Positions 16,379-27,959 are shown, numbered from the stretch's first letter. The stretch: 30,307 nucleotides of DNA from Campylobacterota bacterium (GCA_011372825.1 DSAK01000093.1:1-30307), one strand, 5' to 3'. Notes: generated by a model from the sequence alone, not told the origin. Program-made: numbers and translations.

Positions 16379-17244
16379 ATGCTATCGCCCCAATGTAACT
16401 TTTCTCTTAAAACATCAAAGTAATTCCGCTCCAATCGATGCAACATCATTGCTCCTCTTCTTGCACCACAAATATGGAGAATATCCCCTTTGTGCATAGT
16501 ATAATCATCTTGACCATCAATCACTGCTATGACGGTTTCATCAGGCGATGTAAGCTCTATGGTAAAATCTGCTGGCACCACAAGAGGTCTTTGTGTTAGA
16601 GAATGAGGAGAAATAGGACTCATGATAAAGGCTTGAGTAAGTGGATACATCACGGGCCCACCCACTGCTAAGTTATATGCTGTTGAGCCTGTAGGAGTTG
16701 AGACTATTAGACCATCCCCCCTATAAGTATTAAACCAATTACTATCGATAGAAGCATTTATCTTGACCATTTTTGAGATAGATGGGCGAGTGATGACCAC
16801 ATCATTAAAAGCAAAAAAAGTTACATCTTTTTTGCCATTTTTGCGAATAAAGCCCTCCATCATCATCCTCTCATCGATACGGTATTTGCCAGCTAATAAA
16901 CTATCCAAAAAGCTGCCTACTTGGGATATATTGATATCAGCTAGAAAACCTAAATTTCCTGCATTTATACCCAATACTGGCTTCTTAAAATGATAGCTTC
17001 GTCTCACAAGGGATAGCAGTGTTCCATCGCCGCCTAGAGAGACTAAAAAATTGACCTCTTTACACATAGTCTCAAAGGCAACACCATCATGACCTATGAG
17101 TTTGGCAGATTTAAGCGAGAGCAAAACTTCAATCCCTCTTTGTTCAAACATCTTTTTTATTTGTATAAAAAGGGTCTTTATGGTGCTATCGTTTGGCTTG
17201 AGCGTAAAACCAACTTTTCTAATTTGCCCCAATTGAAACGACAT
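16375..17244 (-). CDS. nadK: NAD kinase
   Basis: LGGDGT, GINAGNLGFL, FNDVV and GDGLIVSTPTGSTAYNLAVGGP motifs. Start is ATG 17244 or TTG 17247. Confidence 0.96.
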   Translation of the reverse strand: MSFQLGQIRKVGFTLKPNDSTIKTLFIQIKKMFEQRGIEVLLSLKSAKLIGHDGVAFETMCKEVNFLVSLGGDGTLLSLVRRSYHFKKPVLGINAGNLGFLADINISQVGSFLDSLLAGKYRIDERMMMEGFIRKNGKKDVTFFAFNDVVITRPSISKMVKINASIDSNWFNTYRGDGLIVSTPTGSTAYNLAVGGPVMYPLTQAFIMSPISPHSLTQRPLVVPADFTIELTSPDETVIAVIDGQDDYTMHKGDILHICGARRGAMMLHRLERNYFDVLREKLHWGDSI

Positions 17245-17327
17245 CAAATCTATCCTTAGTGAATAAAAGTATTGTTAGGATACCACAAAAGGGTTTAAAA
17301 ACTCAATCGAAACCTTTATATAACTTT

Positions 17328-17336
17328 TGTTATAAT
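17328..17336 (+). promoter_or_regulatory. Extended -10 for aspS-adk
   Basis: TGTTATAAT about 30 nt upstream of the aspS start. Confidence 0.6.
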
Positions 17337-17367
17337 CCATGCAAAATACAGAGTGTAAGGAATGCGT

Positions 17368-19131
17368 GTGAGAACACATTATTGTGCTACGATAGGTACC
17401 CAGCATATAGGTCAGAGTGTAACTTTGGCTGGCTGGGTAGCCAACAGAAGAGATCATGGTGGAGTTATCTTTATCGATATGAGAGACAATGACGAAGTAT
17501 TGCAACTTGTCTGCGACCCAACTGATGATGCAGCTGCTCACAAAATAGCAGAAGAGATACGAGACCAATATGTTATTATAGCCACAGGAATTGTAAGATC
17601 TAGAGGAGAGGGGCTAGAAAATCCGAATCTCAAAACTGGAAAAGTAGAAATAGTAGTAAAAAACTTAGTGATTGAAAATCGCTCTTTAACAATGCCTTTT
17701 GAGCTAGGAGACAACAAGGTCAACGAAGAGATTCGCCTCAAATATAGATATCTTGACCTTCGCACTCCAAGATCACACCAAATATTCAAGCTTAGAAGTA
17801 AAGTTACAATCGCTGCTAGAAACACACTTGACAGCCTAGGATTTCTAGAAGTCGAGACCCCTATTTTAACAAAATCAACACCAGAAGGTGCTAGAGATTA
17901 TCTAGTCCCTAGTCGTGTACACAATGGTGAATTTTACGCCCTTCCCCAATCACCACAACTCTTCAAACAGCTTTTGATGGTTGCAGGTTTTGATAGATAT
18001 TTTCAGATAGCCAAATGTTTTCGTGATGAAGATTTAAGAGCAGATAGACAACCAGAATTTACACAGATAGATGTTGAGATGAGTTTTTGCAACCAAGAAG
18101 ATGTCATCATGGTAGCCGAAAAACTGATACACAATATATTTACCCAATGTGGTTTTAAAAACATCCCTACCTCATTTAGGCGCATTAGCTACAACGAAGC
18201 TATGGAAAAATACGGCTCAGACAAACCAGACATGAGATACGATCTTGAGATGGTAGATGTAATCGATATATTTGCCAATTGTACAAACGAAATATTTTCA
18301 AATATTGCCAAAGATACCAAACGCAATCGAATCAAAGCACTCAAAGTGCCAAATGGGGACAATATCTTCTCAAAACGACAAATGCAAAGTTTCGAAAAGT
18401 TTGTCAAGCAGTTCGGCGCTGGCGGGCTTGGATATTTCCAGATGAAAGAAGATGGACTCAAAGGGCCGCTGGCGAAATTTTTTGCTGAAGATGACCTTGA
18501 GGCGATTATCAATAGATGTGACTTGAAGCTTGGCGATGCTGTATTTTTTGGTGCTGGAGAGAAAAAACTTGTATGGGACTACATGGGAAGATTTAGAATC
18601 TTTTTGGCAGAACAAATGGATATTATTCCAAAAGATAAATATGAGTTTTTATGGGTAGTCGATTTTCCAATGTTTGAAATCGAAGAGGGTCGCATTAAAG
18701 CCTTGCACCACCCATTTACAATGCCAAAACTAGACAATCAAGAGTTGAAGTATAACGATGTCGAAGAGATTAAGTCAATTGCTTATGATATAGTACTCAA
18801 TGGTTATGAGATAGGTGGCGGTTCTATCCGTATCCACAAAGAAGATATCCAACAGCAGATATTTAAAATCTTAGAAATAGAAGATGAAGAAGCAAATGAA
18901 AAATTTGGCTTTTTACTTGACGCACTCAAGTTTGGAGCCCCTCCTCATGGTGGATTTGCATTGGGACTTGATAGACTTGTTATGCTTATGGCAGGTGCTA
19001 CTAGCATTAGAGATGTTATCGCCTTCCCAAAAACACAACGAGCCCAATGCTTGCTCACTCAAGCTCCAAATAAAGTCGACGAAAAACAATTAGATGAGCT
19101 TGCTCTTAGAATTCGTAAAATCAATAAATAA
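17368..19131 (+). CDS. aspS: Aspartate-tRNA ligase
   Basis: OB-fold [24 protein letters not shown], motif 2 [25 protein letters not shown] and motif 3 [15 protein letters not shown] 17368 (MRTHYC) has AAGGA at 6-nt spacing; ATG 17362 abuts the SD. Confidence 0.97.
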   Translation: MRTHYCATIGTQHIGQSVTLAGWVANRRDHGGVIFIDMRDNDEVLQLVCDPTDDAAAHKIAEEIRDQYVIIATGIVRSRGEGLENPNLKTGKVEIVVKNLVIENRSLTMPFELGDNKVNEEIRLKYRYLDLRTPRSHQIFKLRSKVTIAARNTLDSLGFLEVETPILTKSTPEGARDYLVPSRVHNGEFYALPQSPQLFKQLLMVAGFDRYFQIAKCFRDEDLRADRQPEFTQIDVEMSFCNQEDVIMVAEKLIHNIFTQCGFKNIPTSFRRISYNEAMEKYGSDKPDMRYDLEMVDVIDIFANCTNEIFSNIAKDTKRNRIKALKVPNGDNIFSKRQMQSFEKFVKQFGAGGLGYFQMKEDGLKGPLAKFFAEDDLEAIINRCDLKLGDAVFFGAGEKKLVWDYMGRFRIFLAEQMDIIPKDKYEFLWVVDFPMFEIEEGRIKALHHPFTMPKLDNQELKYNDVEEIKSIAYDIVLNGYEIGGGSIRIHKEDIQQQIFKILEIEDEEANEKFGFLLDALKFGAPPHGGFALGLDRLVMLMAGATSIRDVIAFPKTQRAQCLLTQAPNKVDEKQLDELALRIRKINK

Positions 19132-19141
19132 AGGACAAACA

Positions 19142-19726
19142 ATGAAAAAACTTTTTCTCATCATCGGGGCTCCAGGCTCAGGTAAAACCACAGATGCACA
19201 AATGATAGCATCCAAACATGACAATATCACGCACTACTCCACAGGAGATATGTTCAGAGCTGAAATTGCAAGTGGTAGCCAAAGGGGCAAAACGATAGAT
19301 AGCTATGTAAGCAAAGGCAATCTTGTACCTATAGCAATCGTTATAGAGACTATTGTGGAAGCTATCAAAAAAGCCCCAACAGATGTTATAGTGATAGATG
19401 GATACCCTAGAAGTGTTGAGCAAATGGTAGAACTTGATAAATATCTAGCAAATGAGCCTAGTGTGGAGCTATCAAGTGTGATAGAAGTAAGGGTGAGCGA
19501 AGAGACTGCAAAACTTCGTATACTTGGTCGTGCAGCAGAGTCAGAAGTAGTTAGAGATGATGACAATATAGAAGTATTTTACAATCGTATGAAAATATAT
19601 ACAGATCCATTGGCACAAATCCAAGAGTTTTATACAAAAAAAGATTTACTAAAAGTGATAGATGGCGAAGGAACTATTGAAGAGATTGTGAACAATATGG
19701 ACGCTTTTGTTCAAAGCAAGATATAG
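19142..19726 (+). CDS. adk: Adenylate kinase (short-LID type)
   Basis: GAPGSGKTT P-loop, STGDMFR, DGYPR and RDDDN; ATG 19142 after AAGGA. Confidence 0.95.
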   Translation: MKKLFLIIGAPGSGKTTDAQMIASKHDNITHYSTGDMFRAEIASGSQRGKTIDSYVSKGNLVPIAIVIETIVEAIKKAPTDVIVIDGYPRSVEQMVELDKYLANEPSVELSSVIEVRVSEETAKLRILGRAAESEVVRDDDNIEVFYNRMKIYTDPLAQIQEFYTKKDLLKVIDGEGTIEEIVNNMDAFVQSKI

Positions 19727-19808
19727 TACAAGGGTGATTTCATAAGTTGTATCACAATTTATCCATTAATTTGCCATACAATGCTACAAATCAAAACAAG
19801 GAGTTTTT

Positions 19809-20339
19809 ATGCCACTACTTGCAAAACTATTGATGCTGATTTTTCTAAGTACCCCAATTTATGCTAAGCCAGCTCAGATCATTAGTGCTGAGGCAGATTT
19901 TGCATTGCGCCAATTTTATTCATCAGTTGAGGGTAGTGAGCCTTTTTTGTCAAAAGTGAAAGGCTATCTTATCTTCCCTAGTATATATAAAGGTGGATTT
20001 ATACTTGGTGGAGAGTATGGAGAAGGGGTACTTAGAGTTGCTGGCTCAAATCGAGGCTTCTATAGTTTTGGTGGTGGCTCTATAGGGCTTCAAGCAGGGC
20101 TGCAAAAGCGTTCTTTGGTTATCGCTTTTATATCTCAAAGGGCACTTGACTCGTTTTTAAATGGGAATGGATGGCAAGCTGGTATTGATGGATCTTTAAA
20201 TATCATTACATGGGGATCAAGTAGAGATTTGAGCACTATAAGCTTCCAGCAAGATGCGATTGCATTTGTATTCGGAGAGGCGGGTCTCATGGGTTCACTC
20301 TCTCTAAAGAGCACCAAAATAACACCTATAAAAAGATAA
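19809..20339 (+). CDS. Exported Ysc84/SYLF-domain lipid-binding protein
   Basis: Signal peptide; GYLIFPSIYKGGFILGGEYGEG and SIGLQAGLQ patterns typical of bacterial SYLF proteins; RBS AAGGAG. Confidence 0.8.
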   Translation: MPLLAKLLMLIFLSTPIYAKPAQIISAEADFALRQFYSSVEGSEPFLSKVKGYLIFPSIYKGGFILGGEYGEGVLRVAGSNRGFYSFGGGSIGLQAGLQKRSLVIAFISQRALDSFLNGNGWQAGIDGSLNIITWGSSRDLSTISFQQDAIAFVFGEAGLMGSLSLKSTKITPIKR

Positions 20340-20362
20340 GAGGAATCTCTCGTCTCAATATC

Positions 20363-20914
20363 TTAAAGTCTTTGAAGTTTTCTTAAGCCCTCTTTGACAA
20401 GCACAGGGGTATCTCCTGAGAGTCCAGTGAGGGCTTTGGATATCTCCTCTTTTTTAAATCCTAAACTCTCTAAAGCCATTGTTGCTTCATGTATATTAGA
20501 ATTTCCTGTCGTTTTGTCATTTACTATAAAATCTGCTAATTCAACCATGATTCGACTTGCTGCTTTTGGTCCTATGCCTGGAACTCTCTTGAGCATTGCG
20601 ACATCTTTTGACATAATAATCTTAGAAAAAGTCTCTGGTGAAAATGTAGAACAGGTAGCTAAAGCGACTTTTGGTCCAATGCCATTTATCTTCAATAGTG
20701 TATCAAACATCTTTTTTTCATCTCTTGTCATAAAACCAAACAACAAGTGGGCATCTTCACGGATAATATAAGTGGTTAATAGCCTGACATTTTGTGATGA
20801 AATTAAATTGGTAGTATGTAACGATACTAGCACTTCATAAACTAAGCCTTGTACATCGACATGCAAAAGAGTTGGCTCCTGATAGACAATCTCTCCTTGG
20901 ATACCGACAATCAT
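20363..20914 (-). CDS. ruvA: Holliday junction branch migration protein RuvA
   Basis: [16 protein letters not shown], HhH motifs INGIGPK and [12 protein letters not shown], and C-terminal [11 protein letters not shown]. Confidence 0.96.
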   Translation of the reverse strand: MIVGIQGEIVYQEPTLLHVDVQGLVYEVLVSLHTTNLISSQNVRLLTTYIIREDAHLLFGFMTRDEKKMFDTLLKINGIGPKVALATCSTFSPETFSKIIMSKDVAMLKRVPGIGPKAASRIMVELADFIVNDKTTGNSNIHEATMALESLGFKKEEISKALTGLSGDTPVLVKEGLRKLQRL

Positions 20915-20988
20915 ATGTTAATCCTTTCTTAAAAAGTATAACCAAAAAATGACAAGATGGATAAATAATATGTCATATTAACACATTA

Positions 20989-22800
20989 TCAAAACTCCAA
21001 AAGTCCAAACTTTCTAATCAATTTCTCATCGTATGAAACTAGCCCTTTTGCTTTTAAGTTCTCAAGAACCTCTCTAGAACAAAGCGTATCTTCTGGCCAC
21101 TCTCTTTTAAAGCCATCTAATTCATTTTTGTTTGTCGCATCGATGACGATAAAAGGCTCTAGTTTGATATCTCTTAATGCATCGATATTGTTTACAACCC
21201 TCCAAATAAGCATATAGGGCTCATTTAAGTCATTGTTTTTTCTATCAACGACTACAAGTATCTTGATATGCTTGGCTAATGGATAGAGTTTGGCGATATC
21301 GCTCATCACCGAAGCAGTTTTCTCTATACTGACCACGCAAATTGGATTTTGTGTATCGATACAATACTGCTTACATTCCAATATATTTCTATCAATAAGC
21401 TGTAATTTATCAAGTAGCTCAATATCATTTAGTAGCTCAATTTCATTTTGTACGATATCGCCTGTAGCATCAATACCCAATTTTCCACCAACAAACTGCT
21501 CGTTTGAAGTATGGTCCAAATGGTCAACTATACCTTTTGAGATAAAAATCTTAGACTTGTCAATCCTATCAAGTATATGCTTAGCTATTTGTTCATAATC
21601 TGTAAGCAATGGGGCATCTTTATTTACAAAAAGAGCATGCTTAACAAAACTCATCTGCCCTACTCCCCAAAAAGCGTGCATAAACTGCATTGCATGTCCA
21701 CTATAAAGCGTCTCCATCTTAGCTAAAATGAGATTGTGGAATACACCATTTTCTGGCATATGATAGTCTATAAGCTCTGGTGCCATCGGTTTGAGAAGAG
21801 GTAAAAATATCCTCTCTGTTGCCCACCCCATATATTTATCCTCAAGGGGTGGTTTACCTACAACTGTCGCATGAAATACAGCATTTTTTTTCGTAGTTAC
21901 ACAGGTTACATTCATCGCTGGGAACTCTTCTTTGGGTGTATAATAACCTGTATGGTCTCCAAATGGTCCTTCTATCTGCATCTTGGACGGATCCACAAAA
22001 CCCTCAATCACTATATCTACATCATTAGGAACATAAATATCATTTGTCAAAGATTTTACAAGCTTTACTTTTTTACCACGGATGAGTCCATAGAGTAAAA
22101 GCTCAAACATACCACTAGGCATTGGTGCTTGTCCACACCAAATATAAAGAGGGTCACCTCCTATCGCAACTGATACTGGCATTTTTTTACCGGCTTTTTT
22201 ATACTCATGAAAAAAATGTGCCCCATCTTTGTGTATTTGCCAATGTAAACCTAAAGTTTTTTTATCATGCTGTTGCAACCGATACATCCCTAAGTTTTGC
22301 ATACTACCATCTAAACTTTGGGTATAGACCTGCCCCATAGTGATAAATCTACCACCATCTTTCTCCCATGTCTTGAGGATAGGTAGCTTATCTAAATCAA
22401 CTTCACTCCACACAACTTCCTGGCATTCTCCCCTACTTGAGAGTCGCTTAGGAAATACATTTCTAAGTTTCCATAATTTTGGCAAAGCTTGTAGTTTTGC
22501 CTTGATACCTTTTGGTGGCTTCATTTTCAAAAGCCAAGCTAAATTATTGGCTATCTCATCGAGATGGGCACCAAAAATATCCTCAGTAAGCTTTTTGTTG
22601 GCAAACAAATTCATCAAAACTGGTATCTCATACTTTATGCCTAAACTTTTTGAAATGGGCTTAGTAAAAAGTATCGGTTTTGGATCCTCTTTTTTGATAT
22701 CTAGATATGCAATATGTGGGATTTCTAACTCAACATCTAGTGGCTCGTCAATCACCTTGATTCCGCCATTTTCTTTAAACCATTCTAATAAATTTTTCAT
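20989..22800 (-). CDS. UbiD-family decarboxylase (MqnL-like, futalosine menaquinone pathway)
   Basis: NLGMYRLQ, WQIHKDG and EGPFGDHTGYY motifs, duplicated C-terminal WRVVNNID/IDAT domain, 603 aa. The MqnL role is inferred from family and lineage. Confidence 0.9.
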   Translation of the reverse strand: MKNLLEWFKENGGIKVIDEPLDVELEIPHIAYLDIKKEDPKPILFTKPISKSLGIKYEIPVLMNLFANKKLTEDIFGAHLDEIANNLAWLLKMKPPKGIKAKLQALPKLWKLRNVFPKRLSSRGECQEVVWSEVDLDKLPILKTWEKDGGRFITMGQVYTQSLDGSMQNLGMYRLQQHDKKTLGLHWQIHKDGAHFFHEYKKAGKKMPVSVAIGGDPLYIWCGQAPMPSGMFELLLYGLIRGKKVKLVKSLTNDIYVPNDVDIVIEGFVDPSKMQIEGPFGDHTGYYTPKEEFPAMNVTCVTTKKNAVFHATVVGKPPLEDKYMGWATERIFLPLLKPMAPELIDYHMPENGVFHNLILAKMETLYSGHAMQFMHAFWGVGQMSFVKHALFVNKDAPLLTDYEQIAKHILDRIDKSKIFISKGIVDHLDHTSNEQFVGGKLGIDATGDIVQNEIELLNDIELLDKLQLIDRNILECKQYCIDTQNPICVVSIEKTASVMSDIAKLYPLAKHIKILVVVDRKNNDLNEPYMLIWRVVNNIDALRDIKLEPFIVIDATNKNELDGFKREWPEDTLCSREVLENLKAKGLVSYDEKLIRKFGLLEF

Positions 22801-22802
22801 AC

Positions 22803-23753
22803 TTATATCCTTTGTGGCATCTCATCTTTAAATGCTAATTTTTCTGCATTTTCCAATATTTCCAAAGCACCTTTTTGTATCATCTCTTGCGCCAATTCAA
22901 ATCCGAGATTAGTGCAGCTATCTATACCGCATTTTAGAGTATGTTTTAAAATATGTGTGCCATCAGCATAGCCTACCATAGCCTTTATAAAAACAGTGTC
23001 ATTATCCAAAGTTGCATTTACCGCAACTGGCGCAGAACATCCTGCACCTATCTTAGAAATAAAATCCCTCTCTAGTTTGCTACACAAAAAACTTGTCGCA
23101 TCATTTAGGCTCATAGCTATCTTGTGCACCAGTGGATTATTATCTACAATCTCTATACCTAAAGCTGCTTGCCCCATAGGCGGAATCATGAAATCCAACT
23201 TTTCGACAAACGGAATATCTCGGAGTAAATCCAAACGATGCAATCCAATATATGCCAATATAATTGCATCATATTCCCCATCTTTTAATTTTCTAAGTCG
23301 CGTATTGACATTGCCCCTTAAGTCTTTAACATTTAAATCTGGCCTTTTGTGCAAAATTTGCATCCTGCGCCTAAGACTTGTTGTCCCCACAACTGCACCT
23401 TTGGGTAAATCCTTAAGAGTAGCGTACTTGTGAGAAAGGAGTACATCACTTTGATCTTCTCTAGTAGTGATAGCAACCAAACTTAATCTATCTGGGATAT
23501 AGGTAGGAACATCCTTGAGAGAGTGCACAGCCATGTGTGCTTTGCCTTCTAGCATTGCATCTTCAAGCTCTTTTGTAAAATGCCCCTTGCCACCAATAAG
23601 TGCTAGTGGACGATCAAGTATCTTATCTCCTTGACTAGTTATCTTACTAAGCCTTACTTTTATATCAAAAGATTTTTCAATCCTCTCTTTGATATGGTAT
23701 GCTTGCCAAAGAGCTAGACTACTTGCTCTTGTTGCTATTACTATCTCATCCAT
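22803..23753 (-). CDS. hemC: Porphobilinogen deaminase
   Basis: IATRASSLALWQ, GGKGHFTKELE, VHSLKDVP, GTTSLRR, LRGNVNTRL and cofactor Cys GAGCSAP; ATG 23753 after AAGGTGAGG. Confidence 0.97.
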   Translation of the reverse strand: MDEIVIATRASSLALWQAYHIKERIEKSFDIKVRLSKITSQGDKILDRPLALIGGKGHFTKELEDAMLEGKAHMAVHSLKDVPTYIPDRLSLVAITTREDQSDVLLSHKYATLKDLPKGAVVGTTSLRRRMQILHKRPDLNVKDLRGNVNTRLRKLKDGEYDAIILAYIGLHRLDLLRDIPFVEKLDFMIPPMGQAALGIEIVDNNPLVHKIAMSLNDATSFLCSKLERDFISKIGAGCSAPVAVNATLDNDTVFIKAMVGYADGTHILKHTLKCGIDSCTNLGFELAQEMIQKGALEILENAEKLAFKDEMPQRI

Positions 23754-23757
23754 AACC

Positions 23758-24597
23758 TCACCTTTTTGGTACAAGAGAGCGAAAACCTTCTCTTAACTTA
23801 TCCCATTTACCATCTATATAAACCGTAGGCGTCCCTGTCACCATCATCCTAAGAGCCACTTCTTCATCATGGGCTAAAGCATCTAAAACCTCTTTTGATT
23901 CGATTTTTTCAAGTGTGGTGCTAAATCCTGTTTGCTCTTCAACGGCCTTGAGTATAGTAGTTGGATTTGTCTCTTTTGGATCTATCTTCATTGCATAGAT
24001 TTTTTCAAGTACATCTATTTTTCCTTCATTTTGTGCTACATGCATAATTCGAGTAAGCACTTCTGAGGCTGGATGAAGCCGTTTTAGCGGGAGGTGATAA
24101 TAATAAAGTGCTATTGTTTTTGGATTATCAATGGCTACTTTGAGCATATCAGGGAAAATCTCTTGACAAAATGGACACAATGGATCAGAAAAAAGTATGA
24201 TTTTATGCTTAGCATCCATCTCTCCGGCTATAAGGTGAGATTTGTTATACAAATTGGAGGGAACTGAAGGCTTTAGCTCATCACGGTAGTTTTTACGAGT
24301 TTTTATATCAACCAAAGAGGGAGCAACAACCCCATCTTTGTAAAAAAACATTTCAGGCACTACTATCTCTTCGCCGTTATAATCAACTTTCATTTGGGCA
24401 AAAAACACTTCCCATCCCTTCACCTCATCAACACTTTTTTGCTCTAGTATAGTCACACTAGTTACTTTAACATCTGGATTTTTTACAACATGATCGCCAA
24501 AATAACGGACAAGCTGCTTTTGGTCTATCTCTGTTTTTGCACTAAGAGCGATGGTGCTCAGTAGAAGTATCTTCAATAATTTCAACATCAATGACAT
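23758..24597 (-). CDS. Periplasmic thioredoxin-fold disulfide oxidoreductase (DsbA/DsbC-G-like) with extra N-terminal domain
   Basis: Signal peptide, FSDPLCPFC active site, cis-Pro loop VTGTPT, and an N-terminal extension of about 90 aa; RBS AGGAG lies inside fxsA. Confidence 0.85.
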   Translation of the reverse strand: MSLMLKLLKILLLSTIALSAKTEIDQKQLVRYFGDHVVKNPDVKVTSVTILEQKSVDEVKGWEVFFAQMKVDYNGEEIVVPEMFFYKDGVVAPSLVDIKTRKNYRDELKPSVPSNLYNKSHLIAGEMDAKHKIILFSDPLCPFCQEIFPDMLKVAIDNPKTIALYYYHLPLKRLHPASEVLTRIMHVAQNEGKIDVLEKIYAMKIDPKETNPTTILKAVEEQTGFSTTLEKIESKEVLDALAHDEEVALRMMVTGTPTVYIDGKWDKLREGFRSLVPKR

Positions 24598-24952
24598 CTT
24601 TTTCTCCTTTTAGATTACTAATTGGTTTTATTTTAGCAACAAATTGTAAATAGATTACAAATGCAAGAGCTACACACCCTAACGCATCACTTACAACTCC
24701 TGGTAATATAAGCAATGCAGATGCAAATACATATCCCATACTATTTTGATAGAAACGATGCAGCCTAACACTACCAAATACATCTTTGATGCCATAAAGC
24801 ATCTTGTAATGGGTATATTTCAGCAACATCAAGCCTGCAAATGCTGTCGCAAATATCCAAACTAAACTTCCCCAAAATCCCAATATGGTAATAAACTTGA
24901 TAGAGGCAAAAAGCTCGAAAATGATACCAACAAAGAGAAACAATATTACCAT
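24542..24952 (-). CDS. fxsA: FxsA-family membrane protein
   Basis: Hydrophobic N-terminus, [13 protein letters not shown] motif and C-terminal DVIDVEII; proS-fxsA order as in Campylobacter. Confidence 0.8.
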   Translation of the reverse strand: MVILFLFVGIIFELFASIKFITILGFWGSLVWIFATAFAGLMLLKYTHYKMLYGIKDVFGSVRLHRFYQNSMGYVFASALLILPGVVSDALGCVALAFVIYLQFVAKIKPISNLKGEKDVIDVEIIEDTSTEHHRS

Positions 24953-26655
24953 TTAAACTCTTCTTTGAGTCTAGTTACTACATCTTTTGTTGCAATCTCT
25001 TGAGGTTGAAGATTTTGACGCATTACTATCTCTACTTTACCTTCATGAAGTTTTTGACCAACTACTACCGTACAGGGGATACCAATAAGCTCAAAATCTT
25101 TCATTTTGAAACCAAATCTCTCTTTTCTATCATCAAGTAAAACGGCAACACCCATTTCACTCAATTTGCTATAGAGTTCTTGTCCTACTTTACTTTGTAA
25201 CTCATCTTTGATGTTAGAGACGATTATTACTAAATCAAAAGGGCTACTCTCTTTTGTCCACATGCATCCACGCTCATCATGGTGCTGTTCGATAATCGCA
25301 GCCAACAATCGACTAACTCCTATCCCATAAGTACCCATGACAAATGGTTGCGTTTTGCCTTGTTCGTTAAGAAATTCGGCTTTTAATGGCTCGCTATACC
25401 GTGTACCTAATTGAAATATGTGTCCTACTTCTATCCCCTTAGTGTAGTACAGTCTACCACCACAACAACTACATCTATCATTCTCTTGGACTGCAACGAT
25501 ATCTTTATATAATGGATTTTCTATTTGATCCGAAGATGCCCCTACTAAATGGCAATCTGCTTCATTTGCTCCAGACACCATACCAGATGCATCTTTTAGG
25601 CTATCATCAACGACTATTCGGATATTTTTTGGGGTATTCAATGGACCCATATAACCAGCCACTAGCCCAGCATCAAACAACTCTTTATCTGAGATATCTA
25701 CTATCTCATTGGCGCATACAGCATTGCACGCTTTTGTCTCTTCAAGTGTATCTGAGCCTCTAATGACAAACAATACTATCTCGCTTCTGCCACCATCATA
25801 TAACGCTTTTTTGGCAACTGTTTTCATGATATAGTCTGCACTTATATCCAAAAATTTACTCACCTCTTCTATAGTAGTAGTATTTGGTGTGTGCACTTTT
25901 TTAAATTCACTATTTGTATCATAGGCAAACTCTTTTGGCTGTCGAATGGCTGCTTCGATATTGGCTCCATACTGACAATTTTCACATACAACTATGGTAT
26001 CTTCGCCACTATCTGCTAACACCATGAACTCTTTGCTTCCGCTCCCACCTATTGCACCACTATCGGCTTCAACTACACGAAAATCAAGTCCCAATCTTGT
26101 GAAAATCTTTTTGTATGTAGCCTCCATCAAGTCAAACTCTCTTTTCATATCTGCCTCATTGGCATGAAAACTATACCCATCTTTCATGAGAAATTCTCTA
26201 CCCCTCATAAGTCCAAAACGGGGTCGTATCTCATCTCTAAATTTGAGATTAATTTGATAAAGATTAAGTGGTAGTTGCTTATAGCTTTTGACAGTTTGTT
26301 TGACAAGATTTACCATCATCTCCTCATGGGTTGGACCAAGGACAAAATCGCTATCTTTGCGGTCTTTAAACCTGAGCAATTCTTTGCCATATTTTTCAAA
26401 TCTACCACTCTCAATCCAAAACGAAGCAGGTGTAACAAAACTTAAACTCACCTCTTGAGCACCAGCTTTGTCAAGCTCCTCTTTGATTACCTTTTGGACT
26501 CTATCAAGTGACCTTTTTCCAAGGGGGAGAAAATTATACAGTCCACTCCCAACAGATTGTATAAATCCTCCACGCAAAAGATAGATATGACTAGGTAAAG
26601 TTGCTTCATTTGGAGCCTCTTTAAGTGTTGGAATCAATAATTGACTAAACTTCAC
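24946..26655 (-). CDS. proS: Proline-tRNA ligase (bacterial type with INS editing domain)
   Basis: [41 protein letters not shown] and GTYGIGVSR motifs. Confidence 0.97.
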   Translation of the reverse strand: MKFSQLLIPTLKEAPNEATLPSHIYLLRGGFIQSVGSGLYNFLPLGKRSLDRVQKVIKEELDKAGAQEVSLSFVTPASFWIESGRFEKYGKELLRFKDRKDSDFVLGPTHEEMMVNLVKQTVKSYKQLPLNLYQINLKFRDEIRPRFGLMRGREFLMKDGYSFHANEADMKREFDLMEATYKKIFTRLGLDFRVVEADSGAIGGSGSKEFMVLADSGEDTIVVCENCQYGANIEAAIRQPKEFAYDTNSEFKKVHTPNTTTIEEVSKFLDISADYIMKTVAKKALYDGGRSEIVLFVIRGSDTLEETKACNAVCANEIVDISDKELFDAGLVAGYMGPLNTPKNIRIVVDDSLKDASGMVSGANEADCHLVGASSDQIENPLYKDIVAVQENDRCSCCGGRLYYTKGIEVGHIFQLGTRYSEPLKAEFLNEQGKTQPFVMGTYGIGVSRLLAAIIEQHHDERGCMWTKESSPFDLVIIVSNIKDELQSKVGQELYSKLSEMGVAVLLDDRKERFGFKMKDFELIGIPCTVVVGQKLHEGKVEIVMRQNLQPQEIATKDVVTRLKEEFKW

Positions 26656-27959
26656 GCACTATATCCTTTTTGATGATGTTTGTCTTTGTATTGTTTTGGG
26701 TCGACATTTTCAGTATTAACCTCAAAAATAGCTTCGATTGCTTCTATCTTACTTAAGCCCTCTTTTTCATGGGAACTTTGACGCATTTTTTTGGTCGGGT
26801 TGTGTAAAAAATGGTTGAACATCTGGACTGCCATTTTCCGCAAATTGTCTTCTAATGTAGCTGGAACAAAACCTTTTTTAATCGCCCTTTTTAACTCTTT
26901 TTCTATAGCCAAATTGGCATGCTCCCTCACCCCTTTTATAACAGGCTCTATAGAAAGAGCCCTTAGCCATCTAAAGAATTCTTCTTTAAACTTTTCAACT
27001 ATCTCAGTTGCCTTTAAGGCTTGCTCTTGACGCAAAGCATGATTTGCATTAGAGATGTGCTGCAAATCATCAATCCGATAAATCGTAATCTTCTCATCAT
27101 AAATCTCATCAATATCTCTAGGGATTGCCATATCAAACCATAGTCGTTTAAAATCACACTCTTGAACCATCTCTTTTTTGAGCACACTCTGAGGCGATGA
27201 AGTGGCTGAAAAAACCAAACGGTATCTATTGATATATTTTGCTAGATTCTCAAAAGAATCTACCTTCACATTCTCGCCTAATGCACTAGCGGCTTGTTCA
27301 GCTTTTATCAAATCTCTCCCTAAAAGTATCACATCACACCCTGAACGCAAGAGATGTTTTACAGCTAAAGTCCCCATCTCGCCAGCACCTATAACAACTG
27401 CTGTCATTCCCGCCATAGTATCTTGTAAAATCTCTTCTGCTTGTGCAACAGCTACAGAAGCGATTGAGATTGGATTTTCAGAAATTAGCGTCGCATTTCT
27501 TACTTGTGCGGCACATTTTATAGCGTAAGAGACGACTCGATTTAGCCGTTTTCCAGCTGTTCCATGCTCATATGCATACTTAAAAGCCTCTTTTACTTGC
27601 CCTGTGATTTGAGACTCACCAATAACCAAAGAGTCAAGTGATGAGACAACAGAAAATATATGAAAAATAGCATCTTCGTCATCAACTCTTTGCATCATCT
27701 CTTTGAGTTGATAAAAATTTACCCCGCTATATTCACTCATCACGCCTAGAATAGTATGATAGGTTGCAAAATTATCTTTATTTGCAGTGATAATTTCAAC
27801 ACGATTGCAAGTATTCAGCATAAAAGCTTCATGGATAAAATCGAAGCTTACCAATCGTTGCAAAAGAGCTTCCTGATCTCCCTTAGCCTTAAGTGCCAAA
27901 CGCTCTCTACTTGCTAAATCGCAAGTTTTGTAATTGAAACTAATGACTTGATAGTACAT
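26652..27959 (-). CDS. hemA: Glutamyl-tRNA reductase
   Basis: TCNRVE catalytic motif, [14 protein letters not shown], Rossmann GAGEMG and DMAIPRDI. Confidence 0.96.
   Translation of the reverse strand: MYYQVISFNYKTCDLASRERLALKAKGDQEALLQRLVSFDFIHEAFMLNTCNRVEIITANKDNFATYHTILGVMSEYSGVNFYQLKEMMQRVDDEDAIFHIFSVVSSLDSLVIGESQITGQVKEAFKYAYEHGTAGKRLNRVVSYAIKCAAQVRNATLISENPISIASVAVAQAEEILQDTMAGMTAVVIGAGEMGTLAVKHLLRSGCDVILLGRDLIKAEQAASALGENVKVDSFENLAKYINRYRLVFSATSSPQSVLKKEMVQECDFKRLWFDMAIPRDIDEIYDEKITIYRIDDLQHISNANHALRQEQALKATEIVEKFKEEFFRWLRALSIEPVIKGVREHANLAIEKELKRAIKKGFVPATLEDNLRKMAVQMFNHFLHNPTKKMRQSSHEKEGLSKIEAIEAIFEVNTENVDPKQYKDKHHQKGYSA

Noticed and set aside
17259-17568. ORFs 17259-17492 (+) and 17275-17568 (-) spanning the nadK/aspS divergent promoter
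   Set aside because: They overlap the aspS 5' end and its promoter and have no motifs, so they are likely spurious.
19142-19726. Adenylate kinase lacking the long LID and having GYPR instead of GFPR
   Set aside because: Short-LID Adk variants are well known, including in this phylum.
20330-20365. Weak inverted repeat (AAGATA...TATCTT) between the convergent SYLF gene and ruvA
   Set aside because: The stem is too short and interrupted and has no clear U-tract, so it cannot be called a terminator.
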